From positions 94,426,001-94,490,000 of the forward strand of contig NC_043000.1 in the NCBI RefSeq assembly GCF_006345805.1: DNA of 64,000 nucleotides, read 5' to 3'. Below, piece by piece: positions 1-13,303 of the stretch. This DNA is from Octopus sinensis (taxonomy: Eukaryota). Position 1 is the first letter of the stretch, and each line of letters starts with the position of its first letter. A program made the translations under genes and the position numbers. The notes below the pieces were generated by a model. The model was not told where the DNA came from, searched no databases, and saw only the letters and a program-made list of their open reading frames with translations.

Positions 1-528
1 TTTGCCTGGTGGTTGTGGCGAAAGAGGTTGTTTGGTGGATAAGGCTGAAATGCATGAGGACAGACACATTACTCTTTGGTAGAGCTCTCACTGAGTTTTT
101 CAAGTTTCACTTGAAAAAGAAATTGAGAGTGGTGAGGGAAGCGCTGTCCTCAAGTGAGTTTATTGAAAGGTGGGTGAAAGTTGTGAAAATGGCAAGAGTG
201 GATGGTACCGCTCTAAGTGTAGACTTGTGAGTCGGAGAGAAGAAATTGGAGAGGGCACTTGCTCTTGGGGTTTCAGGAAATCTCGAAGAGTGGAGTTCCT
301 CGATTATCCCTAGAAGCGTCCCTGTATCAGGAGGGCCACATCTCTATCATCTTCCTCTCCCTTTTTTTTTTACTTTTGTCTGCTATGCATATGTCTCTTC
401 TTTTCCAGTGTATACCGTGTATACTTCATTTTTCAAATATCATTTCATTAAATGTAACCCCCCTCCTCACACTTGTCTTTCACTGTATTCTCTCCCCTCA
501 TCCTTTGCTTTTGTGGCAGATAAATGAA

Positions 529-567
<39 letters not shown>

Positions 568-570
568 TTT
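1..570 (+). mobile_element. 3' end of an L1/Tx1-like LINE (ORF2 C-terminus, 3' UTR, (TTA)n tail)
   Basis: ORF 9-230 (AKEVVWWIRLK...FFKFHLKKKLR...FIERW) resembles L1/Tx1 ORF2 C-termini. It is followed by a pyrimidine-rich UTR and a (TTA)n tail at ~526-570. Confidence 0.6.
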
Positions 571-606
571 TTTTTTTTATTATAATTGTTGTTGTTGTTT
601 TTATTG

Positions 607-820
607 AGATCGTGAGCTGGCAGAATCGGTAGTACTACGAGCAAAGTGCTTAGCAGCATTTCGCCCGTCTTTACGTTCTGGATTCAAATTCCGCCGAGGT
701 CGATTTTGCCATTCATTCTTTTGGGGTCGATAAAATACGTATGCGTTGAACACTGGGGTCGATGTAATCGCCTTAATCCTCCCCCAAAATTTCTGCCGTT
801 GAGGAAAAATTTGACACCAT
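607..820 (+). mobile_element. tRNA-derived SINE, family B (Nin/Deu-like core)
   Basis: gagctggcagaa head, ttcaaattccgccgaggtcga and ggggtcgataaa core, shared with many copies in the window. Confidence 0.8.
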
Positions 821-925
821 TATTACTATTATTATCATCACGATCATCATCATCATCATCATCATCATCAGTAGTAGTAGTAGTAGTAGTGTAGTAGTAG
901 TAGTAGTAGTAGTAGTAGTTCTAGA
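820..925. repeat. (CAT)n/(TAG)n microsatellite
   Basis: Direct reading. Confidence 0.95.
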
Positions 926-1412
926 ATAAGTCGAAAGGTAAGCTACTATAAATCGGCATGAACTTTCCGGACAACCCAATATATAAGATTATGGAATCAT
1001 AAACACCCGACATACTGTTGGTCATTATTTCCAAAACTGAGCGTTTCCACAAAGCACTGAATATTTGTATTTTTAAACGAAACGTGATAAATAAAAGTAT
1101 TCAGAAACAAGTACTGAAATTGATAGGACACTTTGAAATTTCGTGCGTCATTATTTTCTATGATATGCACCCGAAAAGGTAAGCAGCCAGTCGGTGGTGT
1201 AAAGGAGCGCAAACTTTGATTGCTATATGCTCTGAAAAGACAGAACAAAAGCGTGAAAGTATCGTATATAATGCAACAATGAATACCTGAATGCTACCTG
1301 TACATCTCTAGTTACTTGTAGGAGGTCGAATCACGCTACTTGCACAAGATCTAATTACACTGCTTGTATAAGATCTAGTTTACTTTAATTTATATTGGAT
1401 TTTGTGAACTAA

Positions 1413-1791
1413 TCTATATGTATAAAGCTGAAGTTGTCTGTGTGTGGCAGGTTTGGTAGCCTTCAAGTAACACTATCTCCTCCAAGACCCTCTGGCGCAA
1501 GTTGACCAAAATTGAGAGTATGATAGAAGAAGACTTGTTCTTCAATCCGTAGAAGATAAAATTCAAATCGGGCCATGTTAACACCAAAAATTATTTACAT
1601 CAAAAAGGTGCTTTTTTCTATGAAAATCTCTATTTTTTACGATTTTTTGACTGCTGTGTCGCCATTTATCGGTGTATTTCAACCAGAAAAATGTTCACCT
1701 AAAGAGAATAACAAGCTACATTTACTTTTCAAAATTCCAATTCTAAAGGGTTCGAAACAAACCCGAGCAACGCCGGGCGATATACTGCTAG
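1413..1791 (+). mobile_element. Non-autonomous Helitron
   Basis: A|TCTATATGTATAAAG 5' end, subterminal hairpin cccgagcaacgccggg, CTAG|T 3' end. Inserted between A and T with no TSD. Confidence 0.8.
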
Positions 1792-2185
1792 TAATATATA
1801 TTTTCAAACTTAGCATTTTATTAATGCTGTATAAACCCTTTAAGTAATTGGCCTTCCCACAGAAAACAACCAAAAGCTTAAAAACTAGAAATATAGCACA
1901 AATATGTTTTTCACACTTGTATGATTATACAAGCAATGTAATATGGAACAATACTGGATAACAAAAATTTCCAAAATTTCCAATTGGTCTTTAGATTAAG
2001 TAAATATATTTCGTATGCTATACTTTATCTTAGTAATACTAAAACGCTAAAGATGTTTGTGTGTACCCGGAATATCTCAGAAACTTGTTATTGAATTTTT
2101 CCGTTGAACGATAAAGAACAAAGACTTAGGGAGATGTTCACTTTTTCTTTTCTGTATTTATCTTTATTTTTATACATAATCATTT

Positions 2186-2573
2186 ACTCTTTTACTCTGT
2201 TACTTGTTTCAGTCATTTGACTGTGGCCATGCTGGAGCAACGCCTTTAGTCGAGCAAATCGACCCCAGGACTTATTCTTTGTAAGCCTAGTACTTATTCT
2301 ATTGGTCTCTTTTGCCGAACCACTAAGTGACGGCGACGTAAACACACCACCAAGTGATATTGGGAGGGGACAAACACAGACACGCAAACACACACACACA
2401 CACATACATATATATATACATATATACGACGGGCTTCTTTCAGTTTCCATCTACCAAATCCACTCACAAGGCTTTGGTCAGCCCGCGGCTATAGCAGAAA
2501 ACACTTGCCCAAGGTGCCACGCAGTGGGACTGAACCCGGAACCATGTGGTTCGTAAGCAATCTACTTACCATT
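2186..2573 (-). mobile_element. tRNA-derived SINE, family A
   Basis: On the - strand: tRNA-like head with B box ggttcagtccc, ccttgggcaagtgt central segment, internal CA/TA tract and (GAGTAAAA)n-like tail. Confidence 0.85.
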
Positions 2574-3100
2574 CCTACGCCTTTTATAATGCATCATATT
2601 TACGTATATTCATAGTTCCAAAATACTATATTATATACTACCAATTCTACCTCCCTAATACTCGAAGGTTACATTTTCTAAATAGTAATCAAATAACATC
2701 AGGAACGATTAACTCCTAGTGAGATATCTACGGACCAGCTAAACTTTACACCTACCTATATTCTTTTGTGAACATTAATGCAAGAGATAAACAAATTTCT
2801 CTGCTAACAACACCATGATCTAAAGCTGACACACCTAAATGAACGCACATAATCCCAGACTTACACCCTTGGCTGATAACATCCACCTTCTGAAAAAAAA
2901 CAAGTGAAATCTAAATAACACCAACGATAAGTAGAAAAAAATGCTGACCAGCCTTTCACCTACATTCTTTCTTTTATGAATCCTTAAAATCTCCATGACC
3001 TAAAAGCTGATACACCTAAATAAACGCACAAAGGTTTAAATGCAGGATTAAAGTTTGGACTATAGTCTTTACATTTTCAAAACAAAACATTTAATTTCCA

Positions 3101-3979
3101 ATTCATATACGGGTCATATACTTTATAAGACTTCATTAATTCTATAACCCCTTTAATCCTTTAATTCTTTAATCATGGAATTACATAATACCGCACGTTA
3201 TAAAATCAGCAACAGCTAAATGTAATGGCACAACCGCTGAAAAGACTAACCTTTCCATCTTCATAGATTTTTGTGAACCCTAAAGAACAACCCCAAGACC
3301 TGAAGCTGAAACACCTAAATACAGACATGTGATTACAAAGTTTTACTTACATGAATGAATTCTTTCAATAACACAACTCCAAATTTAATTAATAAAAATG
3401 TTTCAGGGTACCTTTCCATCACAAGCTACCCTAAAACCTAATTATCATTCAATAGAACTTCACCTATCCCAGAAAGTTTTGACTTAAGAGAGACTATATA
3501 TAACCAAGAAGAGCCCAAATGTGTCGTATTCTGACGAGGCTTAATAGGCCGAAACTTCAAAATCACTGTTAAAACCATTTTTGTTTGTGTGCGTGTGTGT
3601 ATATATGTGTGTATGTGTGTGTGTGTATAAGACTTGCAAAGCATTTGGTGCTATTCGAGGATATTTATTTCATAGTAAAGAGTACAAATACAGTATAAAG
3701 CATAGAACAGTTATGGTAGATAAACAGAGACTCTAACATTTGTTTCTGGAATACTTGAGCAAGTAAATCATGTTAATGTATGACGAAATGATGTAATAAA
3801 AAAACTCGTCATCAGAGAGATCGCGGTAAAGCGGTCTAGAAAAACAGATACTTAACTAAAGATATCAGTAATCATAAATTACTATGAGAGGTATTATGTA
3901 ATTCCGTGATTAAAAATTAAGGATTAAAGAAGTTATAGAATTAATGAAGTCTTATAAAATATATGACCCGTATATGAAT
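3101..3979. repeat. Inverted repeat pair (arms 3101-3192 and 3890-3979)
   Basis: attcatatacgggtcatata...ttacataatacc matches the reverse complement of the 3890-3979 arm. Confidence 0.85.
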
Positions 3980-4202
3980 GTTTTATGTCACCAGTTAAGT
4001 TGTTCAGCAGATAAAAAGTTGAGAACGATCGACAGCAGCAATATATATGTTAAGAGATCCATTCTAAGATCAATAAAAGTTTGCGTTGAAAACTATATTT
4101 CAGTGTGAGGTAAAGACCAAGAAGAGTCCTTGCCGAGTTAAGAAATATACAGCAATGTGAGGAAAATACAGAGTAAAATCGGTGTGTAATTAGGAATGGT
4201 AA

Positions 4203-4533
4203 AGACCCCTTTCAGTTATGATTGATAATGGAATTGCACCTAGAAATTCCCCCTCCGAGGTACAAGTCTGGGCAAGGTTGTTTATGGAAGACCAACAGTC
4301 GCACATGCGTGCCAACCTCCCCTCTCCACGCCACCGATGTTACCCAAAGGAAAAGCAAAGGCCGATACAGCTTGGCACCAGTGACATCGCAACTCATTTA
4401 TACAGCTGAGTTAACTGGAGCAACGAGAAATAAAGTGTCTTGCTCAAGAAGAAAACACGCAGTCTGGTCCGGGAATCGAACTCACTACTTCATGATTGTG
4501 AGCCCGACGCTCTAACTACTGAGTCTTGCGCCG
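4203..4533 (-). mobile_element. tRNA-derived SINE, family C
   Basis: - strand head ggcgcaagactcagtagttagagcg...gagttcgattcccgg, then ttgagcaagacacttt core. The 3' half is homologous to 21960-22150. Confidence 0.8.
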
Positions 4534-4926
4534 ATTAGATATATACCAATCAATAGAGATGTGTACGTTCATATATATATATATGTGTGTGTGTCTCCGA
4601 GTGCGTGCGTGTGTGCGTGTGTGTGTGTGTGTGTACACACGCTTGTATATTCTCTGTTTATAGCGCTTTACTGCGATCACCTTGATGACGAGTTACTTGG
4701 CTATCGTGAATTCGTTATACATCAACATGATTCACTTGGTCAAGTATTCCAGTAACAGCTGTATGAGACTCTAATAATCTACCACAACAAATCAGTTATC
4801 TACACTAAGGGCCATCAGATTGTTGTTGTCATTGTTATCAATTTCATCGTCTTTTTGTCTCCCGAATGTTGACGAAATTTGGTACCAGTGACAATATAAT
4901 GACTGACCACTCTGAGAATATTTAGT

Positions 4927-5335
4927 ATGTATGTATGTATGTCTCTTCTATTTTTTTATTGTTATTATTATAAATCATCCGTTGAGGAGAGCCGGTTTCC
5001 AACAAAGAAACAAGGCTCCATCTTTCGTAAGTGGTTAGCTCACACAAATTCACATTTGGAACTTGAGAAAAGTCTTGCATATTTTTACTGTTCCACTCAC
5101 AAATTGCACTTGCAATGTACAAATTAGCCGGTCGATTTCTCTTTCTGAAAATCCCGATTTATCCTTTATGCATTTACTAAGAAAGCCTAGTGCTCCAATT
5201 ATTATTGATACGAATATGAATTCATAGTCTGGATATAGAAACTGGAAGTTTCGAAGCAGTTGTCCACAGATAACCTCTTTTTCTTTGATTTTCAAAGAGA
5301 TGTTTATATCTGCAGGGCAGCTGACTTCTATGACG
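4927..5335 (-). mobile_element. 5'-truncated RLE-type (R4/Dong-like) LINE inserted in (CATA)n
   Basis: Translates IEVSCPADINISLKIKEKE...YPDYEFIFVSIIIGALG...VKICKTFLKF, a restriction-like endonuclease C-terminus. (TATG)n lies on both flanks. Confidence 0.8.
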
Positions 5336-5622
5336 GTATGCATGTATGTAAGTATGCATGTATGTATGTATGTATGTATGTATGTATGTATGTATGTATG
5401 TATGTATGTATGTATGTATGTATGCATGCATGCGCGTATATGTATGCATGGTGTGTGATTGAATGTGTATGTACTTATATATATACATGTATCAATATCT
5501 GTGTAAACGTGTGCATATATATATATTAATATATATATATATATATAATATATATATATATAAACAGATGACAGATAGATAGAGAGAGAGAGAGATTGAT
5601 TGATAGATAGATAGATAGATAG

Positions 5623-5700
<78 letters not shown>

Positions 5701-5701
5701 T

Positions 5702-5763
<62 letters not shown>
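5336..5763. repeat. (TATG)n, (TA)n and (GATA)n microsatellites
   Basis: Direct reading. Source of the YIHT and LSIY ORFs. Confidence 0.95.
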
Positions 5764-5764
<1 letters not shown>

Positions 5765-5835
5765 TGTTTCTTTATTAGCCACACAGGGCTGCACACAGAT
5801 AGAACAAATTACAAGGTAGAGCTTTTTTTTGAAGG

Positions 5836-5870
<35 letters not shown>

Positions 5871-6095
5871 AAGGGGGAGGTTCGATCAAAAGGGATCGTA
5901 AAAGGAGAGAAAGAGGACAAAATAAGGGTGGTTAAAAAAAAAAAAAAAAAAAAAAAGGGGGGGAGGAAAAAAAAAGATCAATAGGGATCGGTATCACAGA
6001 AATGTCATATGAATGTAAAGGGGAGGACAGGTGAGGTTTACCCGTGGAAAGAAAAGCCTGCGGAAAAGACCACGGTAACCTCGGTCAATGAAGTC
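5763..6095 (-). mobile_element. LINE 3' UTR fragment ending in a (TATC)n tail (Tx1-like)
   Basis: - strand ends gcagccctgtgtggctaataaagaaaca followed by (TATC)n, with a pyrimidine-rich UTR like that at 230-525. Confidence 0.5.
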
Positions 6096-6459
6096 ACATT
6101 TTATATTCTTTTTTTTTTTTTTTTTTTTGCAAATAAGCAACTCTCTGTTTTCGATTTCTGGGTTCATAGGACTATGCTCAAGGTGGCTTCGTCATTCATA
6201 GTGCCATTCTTGCTACATTCACCCATCTTTTTTTAAAACATTCGCTAAGATGGCTACAAACACACACATGCACTCGCGTGCAAAATGTTCTTAAAACATG
6301 TCTTCATATTGAATTTCTGTCTACTACAAAAGGCATTTTTACACCAGGAGAGAAGACAAGTAACTGAGAGCCAATTAATAGAAATTTTTGCCAGCAGTAT
6401 AATACAATGCATGAACACAGTTTTCGGTAATGGAGTAATATTAAATATACACATACATA

Positions 6460-6963
<504 letters not shown>

Positions 6964-7279
6964 TCTTATCAAATACAGTAATTGTTTGGATGCATGCAGG
7001 AGAATTAACAATTTCAATTACCAAAGACTAGTTGACTTCAATTTCGTTAAATGTTGTCCGTAATTATTTGAGCCCTAATTTCTTGCCTGAGGGAGATGAA
7101 AATGGAATGAGATTCTTGTAATTACCATCTTGTTTAAATATAAATTCCCTTTGGCTAGGTCCTAGTTTACTGCTGTTATTATTGTTATTTGAAATTAATT
7201 ATCATAATCACCATATCGGTGTACAAATACTCGGCGCAGAGAAGAGAGTGCATGTGACACTTGTAACAGATGCTGCTTG

Positions 7280-7293
7280 CCTCTATATATGTA

Positions 7294-7337
<44 letters not shown>

Positions 7338-7384
7338 TACAAAGTAAAAAATATATATATACATACATACACACTAAACATATA

Positions 7385-7455
<71 letters not shown>

Positions 7456-7538
7456 GTCGTCAAAAATAATTATACACACGCATTCGCGCACACACACAGG
7501 TATACATACGCACACACGCACACACACACACACACACA

Positions 7539-7595
<57 letters not shown>

Positions 7596-7700
7596 CACTT
7601 ACGTGTGTCTATATATATGTATATATATATACATATATATATATGTATATATATATATATGTGTGTGTGTGTGTTACGTATGTATACATGTGTGTGTGCG
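7280..7700. repeat. Compound (TA)n/(CA)n/(TG)n microsatellite
   Basis: Direct reading. Confidence 0.95.
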
Positions 7701-7877
7701 CGAATGCGTGTGTATAATTTTTGACGACAATTCCTTAAGTGGAAACCATCTTGCGTTCAACACAATCTGGATTGGTGGTGTATGCCTTCCTATAATATGC
7801 AGGCTAATTATATAAAAGAAAAGCGATATATATATATATATATATATATAGTATATATATATATATATATATATATT

Positions 7878-8395
7878 TCCTCTAGTTTCAGCTCGTAGGA
7901 TAAGTTCCTGGATCCTAAGAACCTTCCGGTCCAGAGAACAAGGTCTCATCATACCACGTTTCTCCTCCTTTGTACGATGTGGAGAATATACCGCCAACTT
8001 TCCCCAAACGACCTGAACATTAGCTTCAAGGTTCATCCAAGACTGGGACCACGAGCCATACTTTCCCTGCCCAATTCAGGATCACAGCATATATGTACAC
8101 AGCAACATAATTTCTTTTCCTCAACAAGCCCTGCTCTATTTAACATTGTCCCGAAAGAGATCAAAGAGGAAAAGGATCTCATCAACTTTAAACGGAGTCT
8201 GGATAGATTCCTTCAAAGAATACCAGATAAGCCACCCATAATTGGATACAACTCACCTAACAAAAACTCACTACTTGAATGGACCACAAACAAAACTTGA
8301 CTTAAACAGGATTTAGACAATCATATCAGGTGGTGCTATTAAGTTGGACCAATCTTTAGTCGAAACATATCTAAGTTTTATCCAAGTTTTATATA
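7878..8395 (+). mobile_element. 3' end of a CR1-group LINE
   Basis: ORF 7977-8300 ends LFNIVPKEIK...FKRSLDRFLQRIPDKPPIIGY...NSLLEW, typical of CR1/L2-group ORF2 C-termini. Confidence 0.7.
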
Positions 8396-8991
8396 TTAAA
8401 ATATCTAAATATATCGCACCAGGACAAAGTTGTGTTTGAGCAAACATGCTGCCTTGGTAGATGCACAGTTCAATAACACGCAAATTTTCTCATCTCCAGT
8501 TAATATATAATTTTAAAATTTCGATAAATCATAAGATTTCCAGTTGATTAACATTTTCATGGGATTTCTATGAAGGATGTGTGCCAGAAATGTATATATA
8601 TATACACACATAGTAAATATATAATATAGTAAATAGTCAAGACTATTGAAGAGGTTGCAAGACGCAACGAAAATTTTAGGAAAATAAAAATAAGAAGAAA
8701 AAAGGGAAAATTTTACCAGTGAGTGTATTATATTATAAGGCACAAAAAGAAAATGACTCTCCCCAGACACAATAGAATATGCTTCAACACACGAACTCAT
8801 ATAAAGAATCTTGTAAACCAAATCCAAAAACGAAATATATAACATATATATAAAAATATATATATGTATACGAACATATGTAAAATACTAACATATATAT
8901 ATATATATAGATATGTATATATATATATATATATATATACATACACACACACACACACCCACTCACCCATACATACATAATACATACATAT

Positions 8992-9059
<68 letters not shown>

Positions 9060-9082
9060 ATATAATATATAATACATAAATA

Positions 9083-9565
9083 CGAGGTCTCATCAATAAG
9101 TATCCGGACTATTGCCATAGTAACGAAACCAAAACACGCGGAGTGATGCACACTAAGATTTAACGTTCTGGCTCATTTCTGTTGTTTATACAGCAGTGCT
9201 TGGAAGGAAGGTGTGTAGCGTGTGATCGTTCACCATGGCAGAGAAAGTTGTCATGGCGATACCTGATCAGAGGCTGACGTAATGTTGCAGAAACAGTATG
9301 GAGAGGTATGTATGAGTCGCATACAAGTGTACAAGTGGTTCGGACGTTTCCGAGGTGGCAGAAAAATATTGATATTGACGAATGTTCTGGGAGACCGGCA
9401 ACCAGCAGAACTGAGAAAAACCTCGCAGACGTGCGTGCAATTGTGAGGGGGAATCGTCGAATCACCATCCGTGAGTTATCAGAAAACGTGCAGATTAGTT
9501 ACGGTTCAGTTTAGTCCATTATCACTGAAGATTTAAGTATGAGACGTGTGTCAGGCAATTTCGTT
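9083..9565 (+). mobile_element. Degenerate mariner-like element, 5' part
   Basis: TA|CGAGGTCTCATCAATAAGTATCCGGACT TIR-like start. Transposase HTH remnant SGRPATS...VRGNRRITIRELSE.VQISYGSV. Confidence 0.8.
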
Positions 9566-9765
9566 CCACTGCCTAACTTTCTCTGTGATGATCAATGCGA
9601 CGATCACATGCTACAACCTTCTTTCCAAGCACGGAAGTGAGCTAGAGCCGTAAAACTTACTGCGTATGCACAAAAGAGCTCAAGGTCAGTCTGTAATTAG
9701 CGGGATTTAGTCTGCATGCTTTAGCTTCATTACTATGGCAACAGCCTGCATACCTATTGATCAGA

Positions 9766-9817
<52 letters not shown>

Positions 9818-9882
9818 TATATATGTAGCATGTATGTATGTTTACTTGTATATATATATGTGGGGGGGGGGGTATATATGTA

Positions 9883-10385
9883 TAGGCGCAGCCGTTGCTG
9901 TGTAGTAAGAAGCTTGCTTCCCAACCACATGGTTCGAGGTTCAGTCCCACTCCGTGGCACCTTCGGCGAGCGTATTTTACTATAGCCTCGAACCTATTTA
10001 AGCCTTGTGAATGGATTTGGTAGACGGAAACTGAAAGAAGGCGGCGAGCTAGCAGAAACTTTAGCACACCGGGCGAAACACTTAGCGGTATTTCCTCTGT
10101 CTTTACGTTCTGAGTTCAAATTCCGCCGAGGTCGACTTTGCCCTTCATCCTTTCGGGGTCGATAAATTAAGAAACCAGTTACGCACTGGGGTCGATGCAA
10201 TCGACTTAATCCGTTTGTCTGTCCTTGTTTGTCCCCTCTATGTTTAGCAATAAAGAAATAGGAAACTGAAAGAAGCTTGATGCATATCTATATTTATATA
10301 TCTGTCCGTGTGAGTCTTTGTGAATGTGTTTGTCCTCCCATCATTGCTTGACAACCGGTGTTGGTGTGTTTACGCCCCTGTAACA
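9883..10385 (+). mobile_element. SINE family A interrupted by a family B SINE
   Basis: Family A head at 9883-10040 resumes at 10261. GGAAACTGAAAGAAG is duplicated at 10026-10040 and 10261-10275. Confidence 0.8.
10041..10260 (+). mobile_element. SINE family B (nested)
   Basis: gcggcgagctagcagaa...cctttcggggtcgataaattaag...aataaagaaata, bounded by the 15-bp TSD. Confidence 0.85.
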
Positions 10386-10588
10386 TATATATATATATAA
10401 ATGGATGAATGATTTATCCTTTTCACTGACAAAAATCCGTGCTGCATCCTTTGTTTACCGTTAACATGGAAAATTCAATAAAGAGTTACCAGGGTAGCAA
10501 AATTCACTCAAGTAATACTGATGAAGCGACCTATTCATAGGTAGAAACTCCAGGTTAATGTGTAGTAATTTATGTAGTATAAGTAAAC

Positions 10589-10716
10589 AAATGGAGTTGA
10601 ACGAAGATGTTATTAAAATTCTTTTACTTTCGACATATGTTTCGAAGACAACATTGTCTTCGAAACATATGTCGAAAGTAAAAGAATTTAATAACATCTT
10701 CGTTCAAAATCCATTT
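10589..10716. repeat. Near-perfect palindrome/hairpin
   Basis: ttgaacgaagatg...gaagacaa-ca-ttgtcttc...catcttcgttcaa, a ~55-bp stem with one bulge. Confidence 0.95.
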
Positions 10717-10753
10717 ATTTACCTATATATATATGTATATGTATATGTATATC

Positions 10754-10794
<41 letters not shown>

Positions 10795-10819
10795 TATACA
10801 TATATATATACATATATAT

Positions 10820-10857
<38 letters not shown>

Positions 10858-10862
10858 ATATA

Positions 10863-10895
<33 letters not shown>

Positions 10896-10901
<6 letters not shown>

Positions 10902-11108
10902 TAATCCAAGCAAGACAGCATAAAAAAAACACAGCAACGCGAGGACGTGGAACAAATATAGTATTATTGGACGGTCAGGAAAGAAGGAAAGAAGGATGGT
11001 TTAACGTTTCGAGCGGAGCTCTTCGTCGGAAACATAGGAGAAGGAAAGATCCAGAGAAGGGAAGACAGAGGAAAAAAATTCGCCAACGGTACACACGAGG
11101 TCACATTT
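10896..11108 (-). mobile_element. ~200-bp TA-flanked repeat carrying a hammerhead-like motif (10999-11033)
   Basis: - strand gttt CCGACGA A GAGC tcc GCTC GAAACGT T aaac. Homologous to the copies at 22895 and 30612. Confidence 0.65.
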
Positions 11109-11112
11109 TATC

Positions 11113-11197
<85 letters not shown>

Positions 11198-12093
11198 ATA
11201 TAAAATCATAATTTCATTAGAGTACCTAACACTCGTGTTTATCCTATCTATCTCACCCACAGATATATGTCTATCAGACAAACCTGGAATCTGGAAATCG
11301 TTTGTTCTACCAAACAATTATTTGAAAATCCATACGTATCCTTAGCGATTTTATAATGATTAATAAGAAGAATGGAGTGAGCAAGACATTTTAATACTTC
11401 AATTTACAACTGTTTCATCTTAATTCAATACAATCAATCTTACAAAATGATGTAATAATTCATTCAATTATTATTGATTGCTTTCAATGTGCAATTTGGG
11501 ATATTCTTAAAAACACATGCAGAATAAAATTCTTCGGAACTGCGTATAAAATAAGATACTGAATTAACTCAATGAACAGAGATTATATACATTCTGAGTT
11601 AGGCGTGTCCACATGAACACACATAACACAAATAAACCATTACCGTGGACTGTTTCTGTTGCAGAAAATGCTTTGTTCAGACGAGATAATTAATTACATT
11701 ATCAGTTGGTTGTCAAGTCTGATATTGGTAACAAGATTTTATAGCCGTTTCTCTTATTAAATAGATGTTAAGGTTTTATGACCCTAACTATTCGACTAAA
11801 TGCCTCTTATAGCGGCATTTAGCTGAATAGTTAGGTAGACACATGTCTGGACATTAGGCATACATTTTATCTATAGCATTCAACCATTCACAAACGCAGA
11901 CACACACACACAAGCACACACACATACACACACGCACGCACACACACGCACACACACGCATACATACAAATATGCATATATATATATATGTGTGTTTGTG
12001 TGTGTGTGCGTGTGTGTATACACACACACAAACATATATATATAAGCAAATCAGTTTATATATATATATATATACAATATACATTGTGTGTGT

Positions 12094-12135
<42 letters not shown>

Positions 12136-12809
12136 CAAATCAAAAATAAAAACACGGAGAAAACAACAAATGTCAATTAGACATACACAGTGAATATACT
12201 AGATCGACGGTCAGCAAAAGTCTTAAATGACAAAATATGGATGGAAGTGACGTTTCGAAAATGACACTTTGTCGGTTGGAGGGAAAAGTCCTGAAATGAA
12301 GGAGCGGATAGTCTGAGAATAGCACATTTCTTTACGTACCCGAAAAATAAATGACATGATTTTGGAGAGAGATAGAGAATGTGGTTTCTGAAGAGAGGAG
12401 AGTGTGAAAATGGCCACTGTGTGCGTTAGTTTGTGGGAGATACTTCTGAGTGCAGAGTGTATGTAAATATATATATATATATATGTATGTGTATGTGTGT
12501 GTATAAGTATGCTCTTATGTGTATTGTGTATTTGCTTATGTATATTGGCTCTTATCTCAAGGACTTCTACCTCTTTCTTTACAGCAACACTAACATATGG
12601 TTATACATGTTTGCATGTCAAAAATGATTTAATTAAACGTTGGACAATGATTGCCTTGAATCGGCTAATGTAATCGAAATGTATACAGTATTTAAAAAAA
12701 AATATTTTGATATTATTAAACATTATGCTCAAAAGTTATAGGTAAAAAAATAAGAAGAAAAACATGCATGTGTTTGTGTAATCGTGCCTGCATATTTGTA
12801 TGCTGACTC

Positions 12810-12848
<39 letters not shown>

Positions 12849-12891
12849 TACAGACATACAAACAGACAGACAGTCAGACAGACAGACAGAC

Positions 12892-12927
<36 letters not shown>

Positions 12928-13114
12928 TAAAAATAAAAAGTCCTTGGTACAATATTATATGTTTGAACACATGAACAGAAACGGTTTTTCTGATAATTTT
13001 TCCCAAATGATTTATTAATATGTAATTACTAAAGCGTAAGAAGTTATCAGAAAAAACATTCCTATTTACATTTTCACACACACACACACAAGTTAAATAA
13101 TCTTTCCTACTCTA

Positions 13115-13303
13115 GTCACAACGACCGAAATTTTGAGGGAGGAGGACTACTCGATTAGATCGATCCTAGTACACAACTAGTACTTAATTTATCGACCCCG
13201 AAATGATGAAAGCAAAGTAGACCTCGACGGGATTTGAACTCAGAAACTAAAAAACGGTAAGAATTACGCCCGGCGTGCTAACGTTTCTGCCAGCTTGCCG
13301 CCG
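13115..13303 (-). mobile_element. SINE family B
   Basis: Reverse-complement core tacttaatttatcgaccccgaaa...tttgaactcagaa...ctgccagcttgccgcc. Confidence 0.8.

Noticed and set aside
12160-12270. - strand ...CCGACAA...TTCGAAACGTC resembling a hammerhead
   Set aside because: G8 is missing and stem II does not pair.
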